The translations under genes and the position numbers were made by a program. From Catajapyx aquilonaris (taxonomy: Eukaryota), in assembly GCA_000934665.2 (NCBI GenBank), contig KZ538302.1:62001-89131 (forward strand): DNA of 27,131 nucleotides, read 5' to 3'. The notes beneath the pieces were generated by a model. The model worked only from the letters and a program-made list of their open reading frames with translations. It searched no databases and was not told where the DNA came from. Below, piece by piece: positions 1 through 9,327 of the stretch (its first letter is position 1; every line of letters begins with the position of its first letter).

Positions 1-3000
1 AGAAGAGGGAGTGTGTCAGGTACATCTCAAGCGCAAAGGATCTGGGAAGGTGAGTCCCGAGAAAACCTGTACTAGCATGTAGCCTCTATCAAGGGGTCTC
101 CCACACACTCTAGCCTCTCCCTGGGTCACACTCCTACTCATCCACTCAAAAACCANGGTGTAATCCGTTTTTCGCTACGCGGAACGGTAATCCCAGGGCG
201 AGGGGTCAAAGTGTGTCGTCTGCTAATGAGCGGCGCCGCCACGCGGGGAACAGGGGAACTGGAGGGCTGCACCGCTCTGGGATGGGCCTAAGCGCGCGGG
301 CAGGCGGGAGCAGCCCTCCAGTTCCCAAGGTCCCGAGGGCGTCGCTGGCGGACGGCCAGCTTCTAGCGCACTATTTGAATTTCCCCACTTTGACCACTCG
401 CCCTGGGATTACCGTTCCGCGTAGCGAAAAACGGATTGCGCCTTCGGATTCAGGATTTTTTGCCCGATTTTTAGAGCTAAACTTGTTTTTTGAGTGGGGT
501 GTCCCTTTAACGAATAACTTTATCAGTGGGGCTTAATGTCTGCTGCGAGGCTAAACACCGACGCCAGGGGGTGGTACGCCTCCTGGAAATTTGGCCACTC
601 TGGGGATCTTTAACGTGCACTCGCGCAATGTCGCACACGGAACCGACGGCTTTACTTCCCCTCCGAAGGAAGGCGCACTCTCACTGTTCTACCACCCGGA
701 GGAAAGTCACCGACTTAACGAATAACTGAGTGCGCACCCAGATTCGCTCAGCTCCCACACACTACAGTAACTGCCGTCCCACGGAAAAAAGCCGTATCTG
801 CAAAACCGTTAGAGTCGACTATCCAGTCTCTGAGCACTGGAAAGTCGACTCGAACGGTTTTGAAGATACGGCTTTTTTTCCGTGGGACGGCCGAGCTGCC
901 TTCATATGTAAGAAGACCGTAACTCAAAAACTATAGTAAGGGTGAAAGTCGAATGCATGCCCTGCACTAATTCCCCCCCCCCCCCTGACTCAGAGAGGAT
1001 TAGTGCAGGGCATGGATGCGACTTTCACCCTTACTAGTATTTGAGTGACGGTCTTCTTACATCTGAAGGCAGGGAGTAGGGACAAGGTAACTTATGGGTT
1101 TTGGGAGGTGGCTTGTGTCCTTGGCAACCATAAGTAGCCCCGCCCCCTACCGGTCGAGCAATCAGGATTCGATCAAGGATTCGATTTCAAAGGAGATGGG
1201 CGTTATGTTATAAAACACCAACGCAATTGGTAACCCAGCAGGGGGGCGGGGCAAATTATGGTTGTCAAGGTCACAAGCCACCTCCCGAAACTCATGTTAT
1301 CTTGTCCCTCCTGTCGCACTCAGCTCTTGTACTGCGCGAATGTGGGTGCGCACTCGATTATTCATAGCGTGCGACCCAGGGAGAGGCTATTAGAGTGTGA
1401 TGAGACCCTCCCGATGAATAGGTCAGCGAATAACCGACACATTCGCGCAGCACTGTGCTGCGCGAATGTGGGTGCGCACTATTCGCTGAATGCGACCCAT
1501 GGCTCGAGTGTGTGGGAGACCCCCCGATAGAGGCTAGGTCAGCGAATAACCGAGTGCACACCCACATTCGCGCAGCACTATGCTGCGCGAATGTGGGTGC
1601 GCACTCGGTTATTCGCTGAACACCCCCAGGGAAATGCTAGTTTCTGTTGGAGACCCCCCTAATGGAGGGTATCACTTGACCTCAATGGACATGACCCCGT
1701 ATTTCAGATGCAGCTGCGGTTTGACCCTTCTGAACCACTCGTTCGAGTACTCCTCCAGTTTGTCCGGACCAGAAGATGAACTGTGGTCACCCCAGAAGCA
1801 CACACAGGTCGGACCTACAGATTCGTATGGGACTATCGAATTTCAGGGAGGCGCACATCCCAGCAAAGCACAGGTATGTCCGATATGACCTTTACCTTTG
1901 TGTACTGCAAGGTCACAAGTTCGACTTTTCAGTACATCCGATTGTCCTTGGAGACACGTCCGGAACTGGTACTGCAGCTGTTCACACGGGAATGGGGTAT
2001 AGAGTTGCCCAAGTTGCTGATAACGGTCCAGGGAGGGAAGGCGAACTTTGACCTCCAGCCACGGTTGAAGAGGATTCTTCGGAGGGGGTTGCTAAAGGCG
2101 GCAAAGACCACCGGAGCATGGTTGTTCACTGGAGGGGCAAGTACAGGGGTCACCAGGCATGTAGGTGAGGCATTGGCATCGGAAAGGTCACCCAGACTAA
2201 GAGGAGGAAGGGTGGTCAGCATCGGTATTGCACCATGGGGTATTGTTGAGAACAGGCACCAACTGGTCGGGAGGAACAAAGAGGTGCCGTACCACTCCAT
2301 CGCAATGCCCAGGTCAAAGTTCGCCGTTTTGAACAACCGGCATGCGTACTTCCTCCTAGTGGACAACGGTACGATCGGACAGTACGGCGCGGACATCGTG
2401 CTCAGAAGGAAGCTTGAGAAGTACATCTCCAACCAGAAGCTCCATACCCGTACCCACTGCAGCACCCCCGTGGTATGCCTGGTCATCGAAGGTGGCACCA
2501 ACACCATCCGTACCGTACTGGAGTACGTCACCGACACCCCTCCTGTCCCTGTAGTTGTCTTTGACGGATCAGGTCGGGCCGCTGACCTCCTTGCATTTGC
2601 CCACAAGTACACATCAGAGACTGGAGAATTCTCGATGCTTGATGGTGTCAAGGACCATTTGTTGGCGACAATCAGACGGACCTTCGATGTCGGTACGGAG
2701 CAGGCGGAGAGGCTACACTCGGAGCTGTTGCAGTGTGTTAAGCGGAAGAACTTGGTGACCGTCTTCAGGCCGTCACTAGGTGGTGGTATGGAGGAAGAAG
2801 GGGATGGTACCAGAACAGCGGAAGGACCAGGAACAGACGAGGATAGGGACACCACTGGTAGTGCTGGTGAGCTTGACCAGGCCATCCTGACTGCCCTCTT
2901 CAAGAGTCAGCATCTGTCACCAGCTGAGCAGCTCAACCTGGCTTTAACATGGAACCGGGTTGATATTGCAAGGTCCGAGATCTTTGTGTACGGACAGGAG

Positions 3001-6000
3001 TGGCCTGCTCGTGAGTATCGGATACTTAGATGGATGTGCATTGTCTAATTGGTCACTGTTTCAGAGGCACTTGAGGAAGCAATGATGGACGCTCTGGTCA
3101 ACGACAGGATCGACTTTGTGAAGCTGTTGTTGGAGAATGGTGTGTGTATACGAAAGTTCCTGACGATACCACGACTGGAAGAGCTGTACAACGTGGTATG
3201 TTACACACATAAAAATGGCCGCGTCAGGTGACACGCTATGGTAGTCAGGTGACGATATCCAGTTTGACTCGCCAAGCAGAGTCAATTCACTCTCCAAACA
3301 AGTCGCCTGACACCTCAGGGGAGTCAAAGGACCACCCCTCCCCGAACTGCTCTATCCTGGCGGGCCCACTGATAAGTTCGGGGAGGGGTGGTCCTTTGAC
3401 TCGCCAGGATGGTCGAGGGACTCCCCAGGGTCATCGGTGGACCCGCCAGGATAGTCAGACCAGTTCGGGGAGGGGTGGTCCTTTGACTCCCCTGAGGAGT
3501 CAGGCGACTAGTTTGGAGGGAGAACTGACTCTGCTTGGCAAGTCAAACTGGATATCGTCACCGGACTACTACAGCGTGTCACCTGACGCGGCCATTTTTC
3601 TGTGTGTAGGGAAAAAAGCCGTATGTACGCTGTGACTTATTGTGTTGATTTCCAGAAACATGGACCGACTAACACGTTAGGTTACATACTACGTGATGTC
3701 CGGCCTCATCTTCCACATGGGTACCAGTACACGCTCCATGACATCGGCTTGGTCATCAACAAGTTGATGGGAGGTGCGTACCGGGCGTCGTACACGAGAC
3801 GAAAGTTCAGGACCGCATACACCAAAGTGATGAAGTACAACAATCCGCACTCGTTTCTTCGAAGCAACACGTCCTTTCTTCGTCCGTCTACCACTCCATC
3901 GTTAGCGGACATGACCACCATTAAAGTGGAGGACGCGGATGGTAACAACGGGTATCCTTCAGACGAACCGGGTTGTCGAGACACCTTCTCGTACCCATTC
4001 AACGAGTTGATGATCTGGGCTGTGCTGACCAAGAGACAGCAGATGTCTCTTCTGATGTGGCAACATGGCGAAGAAGCACTGGCCAAGGCACTGGTGGCCT
4101 GCAGGCTGTATAAGGCCATGGCTCATGAGGCTGCAGAGGATGACCTGGAGACTGAGATCTACGAAGAGCTTAGGAACAACTCTAAGGAGTTTGAGACACT
4201 CGGTAGGTACTCCCATTTAATTCGGCTGACCGTGCCTGGCAGGGCCACCAGCAGGGCCGCCCCTCGCCTCACTGTAGAATCCCCTGGCACGGCCATTTGT
4301 GCTTCCTCCAACTCTATGACGGCGGGCTCACGGCTGGCTCACGGCTGGCTCACGGCTGGCTCGCGGCGGGCTCGCGGCTGGCTCGCGGCGGGCTCGCGGC
4401 TGGCTCGCGGCTGGCTCACGGCAGGGAGGCTGGTGGCCCTGCCAGGCACGGTCAGTCCTGGATGATAATTGTGGGTTTGTCTACGCCATGTTGTCCGTCG
4501 CTGTTCTGACCTAATTTGACACATTCAGCTCTGGAGCTTCTAGACTACTGCTACCGTCAGGATGATGACCTGGCTCAACAGTTGCTGACCTACGAGCTTC
4601 AGAACTGGAGTCGGCAAACCTGTTTGAGTCTTGCAGTGGCAGCCAATCACCGTACCCTTTTGGCCCATCCTTGTTGCCAGATCATTCTGGCTGACCTCTG
4701 GATGGGTGGTCTTCGTACCAGAAAGAACACCAACTTTAAGATCATCCTGGGTCTTCTGGTACCTCCAACCATAGCCAGATTGGAGTTCAAGTCCAAGGAG
4801 GAACTTCAGCTGATGCCTCAGACTCAAGAGGAACATCTGATTGACATGCTGGAGGCCAACAACCGGAACTACAACAACGACCAGATAGAACCAGATGGTC
4901 CATCCAGGGTGGACGATGATGATGGGGATTCCCAGTGGATACCGGAGGATGAGAGTCAGACTGGGGACGATGCGAAGAAACAGGAGAATGGGAGGCTGAT
5001 GTATGGGTACAACGAGAGGGGTGCGTCGTTGGCTATGGACCCCAATGACCTCAGGTTGAGTCGACGGAAGAATGAGCGTCCATTGAGGCTCAAGAGGAAG
5101 CTCTATGAGTTCTACGCTGCTCCTATTACCAAATTTTGGGCTCATGCGGTAAGTCTGACACTCCTGCCCCAGTTGCCGCTTCGGCGCTGCTGTAGTGCCA
5201 ACTATACAGCAGCGCCGAAGCGGCAACCGGGGGGGAATTAGTAAGCTCAGGGTGTCTCCATAAGTGTCAGGGTGGTAAGACCTGTGTCTCTTACAGTTGG
5301 CGTACGTACTGTTCCTCAACTTCTACACCTACGTGGTCTTGGTTCATCTTCCTCCGACACCGTCATGGATGGAAATCTATGTCATCCTGTACATTGGCAG
5401 TCTGGGATGTGAGAAGATCAGAGAGGTCATCGCATCTGAACCAGTAGAGTTCAAGTAAGACACACTGTCATGTACGGTGGGACATTCCTGATTGTTCTTT
5501 CTGCAGGCAGAAGGTACGGGTGTGGTCGTACCATCTGTGGAACCCATGCGATGCGGCGGCCGTACTGTTCTTCATGGTTGGGTTCGGCCTCAGGATGCAA
5601 CCGGCGGTGCAGGACACAGGTCGGGTCATCTACTGTGCTGGTGTGCTGTACTGGTACATATGCATCCTGAAGTACCTGAGCGTCAACAAGTACTTTGGTC
5701 CTCTGGTCACCATGATTGGGAAGATGGTCAAGAATATGGTGTATTTCGTGGTCCTTCTTCTGGTGGTCCTGATGAGCTTCGGAGTGTGCCGTCAAGCCAT
5801 ACTCTTTCCGGACGAGGCACCGCACTGGAGTCTGGTCCGTGAAGTGTTCTTCCAGCCGTACTTCATGTTGTATGGAGAAGTGTTTGCGGACAAGATTGAC
5901 CCCGAGTGTGGTACCGACACGACCGAACCGTGCCAACCAGGACGATGGATCACACCAGTGGCGATGTCGGCGTACCTGCTGGTCAGCAACATTCTTCTGA

Positions 6001-7643
6001 TTAACCTTCTGATCGCGGTGTTCAACAACATCTTCCAGGAGGTCAACTCGGTATCGCACGAGGTCTGGATGTTCCAAAGGTTCACCGTGGTCATGGAGTA
6101 CGAACAGAAGCCACCCATACCCCCGCCGTTCATACTGATATGCCACGCCATACTGCTATGGAAGTACTGTATGCGTAAACGTCGGAAACGCATTGTTGAC
6201 GAGACATCGTACGACAATGGACTTAAGCTGTTCCTGGATCTGGAGGACGTTGAGCGTCTGTACGATTTTGAGGAAGAGTGTGTCGAAGGGTACTTTCGAG
6301 AGAAGGAAGGTCGGTTTCACATCTCCTCTGAAGAACGAGTACGGGCGACCAACGAACGGACTGAAACATTGGTACAGAAAGCGGAGGACATCATGCAGAA
6401 GCAACATGCCATATCTTCGGCAGTCACGGCCCTCGACTTTCGCATCCGGAAGATGGAGGAGTTCGCTGACCGTACGGTGGACAGTCTGTCGGTCATACAT
6501 CGCTTCATGGCTGCACACGTCGGTGACCGTGCATTGTCCGACATGGGGGTGTCCGAGTCGGACCATGAGACTGAGGAAGAGTCGGAGCCAGTGGATGACG
6601 TGTTGGAGGTACCGGAACCTGAAGCGCCAAAGATAGAAACGCAACCGGTACCGTCAGTGAGCGAAGTCGGTATGCGTCGTCGACGTGCATTTACAGAGTC
6701 GATGGACCGAGCCACGTCCTCTTCTCAGGACCGACGTGTCCCACCACTGCCCTTGAAGCAAAGACTGAGCCTCCAGCTTCCGATGGCTGCAGATACACTG
6801 TTCGAACGTCGTCGTCGTCGTCGTATGGCAAGACATATGAGCGAAACCAGCGAGTCACCACCGACAGGTACAGTGTCGCAGCCTCCGACCATCCGACTGT
6901 TGACACACTCACATTCGGAACCTGAGGGCGATGAGGCGCCCAAACGACGACGACGTCCAGTGGAACGTAGTTTGTCCATGGCGGCCCATGTCACGTTTGC
7001 CGAACCACGTATTCAGGTCATACCACCGTCGCCATGTCCTCCGTCAGCCCCACCGACCCATATGCTCCTAGGATTACGGTCGGAGTACACCAGCATCACG
7101 GACGAACTGGAGAAGGTCTGCACTTTCCTGTCACCGCCACGTACACCGCATCTGCATTCGCCTCCGAGGCCCATACCGGTACGGCACCATCGGACCAGAC
7201 GGGTGTCCGAACTGTCCAACCCCGAGATGGCTAAGCATTTGGAGACCGAGCATCTTCGAAGCGCAGAAGACAACGACTACCAGCTGCTAGAAGTTGTCAT
7301 ACAACGTAGGTTGCATCGTGACTCCGAGAACCTTGCGGCGTCTCTAGAGGACATCTGCGCCCCCGGTGTCCGACCGCCCTTGATGCCACCGTTCCCAGGA
7401 CCACAGTCGTACCTGAGTGTGACTCACGAGCTACCAGAGGTCCTCAGACAGAGGAAGACCAGCTCTGGAAGCTCGTTGGGGTCAGCATCCTCGCAGGAGG
7501 GTACCGGTACAGGTACAGGTATGGCACAGCTGACGGTACCGACTGATCCGGTGGTGGAGGCCATCTCGAGGGAAATGCAACGAAGGGAACAACAAAGGGC
7601 AGACTCTAAAAGTTCAGTCAATGTTGTGGAGACCTCATGTTGA
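1..7643 (+). CDS. Trpm: TRPM (melastatin-family) cation channel, arthropod TRPM1/3/6/7-like, no kinase domain; 5' partial
   Basis: Exons <1-49, 1708-1873, 1933-3010, 3065-3195, 3656-4202, 4529-5148, 5297-5454, 5507-7643; all GT-AG and in frame (1627 aa in the window plus TGA). Hallmarks: [57 protein letters not shown], pore [17 protein letters not shown]6 [19 protein letters not shown] box VWMFQRF...PPIPPPF, C-terminal [10 protein letters not shown]. Confidence 0.97.
142..506. mobile_element. Palindromic MITE in TRPM intron 1, Kolobok-like right end
   Basis: 57-bp inverted arms 157-213 / 386-442 plus an outer inverted match CCACTCAAAAA 142-152 / 487-497. The right end TGTCCCT is followed by TTAA (507-510), i.e. 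TTAA-AGGGACA on the minus strand. The left arm contains an N at 156 where about 40 bp of the mirror sequence are missing. Confidence 0.7.
771..893. mobile_element. Fully palindromic mini-MITE with CTGCCGTCCCA terminus
   Basis: GCCGTCCCACGGAAAAAAGCCGTATCTGCAAAACCGTT...AGTCGACT is mirrored by AGTCGACT...AACGGTTTTGAAGATACGGCTTTTTTTCCGTGGGACGGC. The terminus is shared with the element at 8594-8754. Confidence 0.8.
896..1072. mobile_element. Palindromic MITE with CTGCC terminus, adjacent to 771-893
   Basis: About 75-bp inverted arms (CTGCCTTCA.ATGTAAGAAGACCGT.ACTCAAA...AGTAAGGGTGAAAGTCG...CATGCCCTGCACTAAT and its mirror). The internal core AGTAAGGGTGAAAGTCG is shared with 8594-8754. Confidence 0.82.
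1330..1670. repeat. Head-to-tail tandem array of about 125-bp MITE-like palindromic units (about 2.7 copies)
   Basis: Units start at 1330, 1456 and 1581 with TGCTGCGCGAATGTGGGTGCGCACTCGGTTATTCGCTGA. Units 1 and 2 end with its reverse complement (ends 1452, 1577), separated by 3-bp spacers CTG and CTA. Unit 3 lacks the right arm. Confidence 0.85.
3204..3606. mobile_element. Long-TIR MITE (CAC...GTG ends, TA target duplication) in a TRPM intron
   Basis: About 145-bp inverted arms 3204-3348 / 3463-3606 starting CACACA(T/G)AAAAATGGCCGCGTCAGGTGACACGC; TA at 3202-3203 and 3607-3608; an extra direct copy of the arm sub-repeat AGTTCGGGGAGGGGTGGTCCTTTGACTC at about 3375-3401. Confidence 0.9.
4224..4457. 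mobile_element. MITE with 29-bp TIRs carrying an internal 11-bp minisatellite
   Basis: GGCTGACCGTGCCTGGCAGGGCCACCAGC (4224-4252) versus an inverted copy at 4429-4457 (1 mismatch); nine copies of GGCTC(A/G)CGGC(T/G/A) at 4325-4423. Confidence 0.82.
5167..5232. repeat. Perfect GC-rich hairpin in the 148-nt TRPM intron
   Basis: 23-bp perfect stem GTTGCCGCTTCGGCGCTGCTGTA (5172-5194) / 5205-5227 with a 10-nt loop, extended by CCCC/GGGG after one mismatch. Confidence 0.85.
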
Positions 7644-7772
7644 GCTGATCAGCAAAAAAGCCGCATCTGCTGATCTTATCTCAGGCAAAAAGGCCGTATC
7701 TGTACCAAGATCCATTGTTGCTCGATGGTTGTTGTGGGAACGTATCAAACAATGGTATGTTCGGTACCGGAC

Positions 7773-8130
7773 CAGGGAGCATACCTACTACATATAAGAG
7801 GCGCAAGCATTCGATTTCCGCGTCTCTCTGTTTGGGCCCGTTGCAAAGGCTGGCGGCCATTTTGAAGTGTGGGGAACGCCAACGCGGTATAAATAGGGTT
7901 CAGGCAAAAATATGGTCCGCCATATTTGATGGTTTGGGCGGCCATGGCAACTACACGGCAAGAACACGCGCGAATCAAAGATGGCGGACCCTATTTTTGC
8001 CTGTACCCTATTTATACCTCGTTGGCGTTGCCCACACTTCAAAATGGCCGCCAGCCTTGGCAACGCCCCAAACAGAGAGACGCGGAAATCGAATGTTTGC
8101 GCCTCTTATGGAGTATAATTATGCTCCCTG
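7773..8130. mobile_element. Foldback MITE with CA...TG ends and 7-bp TSD (P/Galileo-like signature) in the TRPM 3' region
   Basis: About 158-bp inverted arms (7773-7930 / about 7973-8130) beginning CAGGGAGCATA; identical 7-mer ACCGGAC at 7766-7772 and 8131-8137. Confidence 0.88.
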
Positions 8131-8593
8131 ACCGGACGGAGAGGTCAGCTTAAGGTCAGCTCGAAGCAACAATTGACCTGGCAGATGTGGTTTTCTCCAG
8201 CAGGATTGTTCACAGTATTATATTTTGTCTTCATGGCGTAATTGTTGTCCCGTCACGTGATGTAGATGCAAAGCAAACTTTGCAACAATACTGCCCAGAT
8301 TATGTGTCTGCAATGTGCATGGTTCGATTGTTGCATGTTGCAGATACGGCTTTTTTGCTGCAAAGTCCGGTTGCACTGTCTACAGAAAAAGAGGTTATTC
8401 GTGCCCAGCAGTGTTGCCAACAGTAGCTTTTCTGGAGATTGTGCAACTGGAAATAGGGCAGAATAGTCCATAGACATTATTTTTAATTTTAGCCCCCCCT
8501 AGTCAATGGCCAGTATTGCCAACTGCAATGAAAACTATTCCTATACTAGGGTTTATTCAGATTTTACAAGTACTTATTGATTCTATTTCTATT

Positions 8594-8754
8594 CTGCCGT
8601 CCCAAGAAGAAACACCCTAAGTTCAAAACAAGTAAGGGTGAAAGTCGCGTTCACTATAATCGCCCCTGTCCCAGGGGGGATTAGTGGAGAGCATGCACGC
8701 GACTTTCACCCTTACTAGTTTTTGCAGTTAGGGTGTTTCTCCTTGGGACAGAAG
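8594..8754. mobile_element. CTGCC-terminal palindromic MITE with 4-bp TATT target duplication
   Basis: Arms CTGCCGTCCCAAGAAGAAACACCCTAA...AGTAAGGGTGAAAGTCGCGT and their mirror; TATT at 8590-8593 and 8755-8758; shares its terminus with 771-893 and its core with 896-1072. Confidence 0.8.
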
Positions 8755-9168
8755 TATTGGTTGTGTCCCAGTGATGTTTTACTTTGCCTTTTCGATGTTA
8801 ATAATATTCACCTTTTATGATCTGATCATGCGCAAAATGAAATTTAGCAATAAGCGCAATAATGTATTTTACGACCAATTGTTTCTGTCTTCCTCACACT
8901 GATGACGTCATCTTGATCCAATCAGATCGCGTCGTGAATATACGACAATCAATTATGTGGCAATATTTCTATCCATCGATGTGTCTGGCAATAATTACAA
9001 ACAAAATCTGGATGTCTATTTTTTATCTATGATAGTTCACGCCTTATCAAGATAGTGCCAAAAATAGTGCAATTTTACAACGAAATTGTTATTTTCACCT
9101 TCGTCTTCCTCAGCACTTTTGTCACTTTCAAATTTTACATAACTTGTATACAGTTGTGATGCTTAGCC

Positions 9169-9200
9169 AAAAAATCCGTATCTGCAGATACGGCTTTTTT
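9169..9200. repeat. 32-bp palindrome made of two head-to-head AAAAAA(G/T)CCGTATCTG motifs
   Basis: AAAAAATCCGTATCTGCAGATACGGCTTTTTT, centred on CTGCAG. Confidence 0.8.
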
Positions 9201-9228
9201 TGTTAAGAAGACCTGCTATCTTTGACAG

Positions 9229-9234
9229 AATAAA
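9229..9234 (+). promoter_or_regulatory. Candidate polyadenylation signal of TRPM
   Basis: First AATAAA I could find on the + strand after the TRPM stop, followed by a T-rich stretch at about 9262-9278. Confidence 0.5.
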
Positions 9235-9327
9235 AACATCAGGGTATATGCAAAAGGGTATATTTTCTTTTGCTTTCTCGCTGTCTTAGTGTTCCCTAGA
9301 CGTCTTCGTGGTCCTCTGTGGGTACAA

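Noticed and set aside
156..156. Apparent asymmetry of the first MITE's arms
   Set aside because: It coincides with an N, so it is likely an assembly gap rather than biology.
1330..1670. Repeat-spacer-repeat pattern resembling a CRISPR array
   Set aside because: Eukaryotic intron; the repeats occur as inverted pairs, the spacers are homologous to each other, and there are no cas genes.
1929..2903. 324-aa minus-strand ORF and other long antisense ORFs over TRPM exons (4540-5319, 5451-6146)
   Set aside because: Antisense shadows of GC3-rich coding exons; no recognisable domain or splice structure.
6700..7643. Possible fused enzyme domain (alpha-kinase or NUDT9-H) in the long TRPM C-terminus
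   Set aside because: The tail is low-complexity (Arg, Pro, Ser rich) with only short conserved blocks; no kinase or Nudix motifs.
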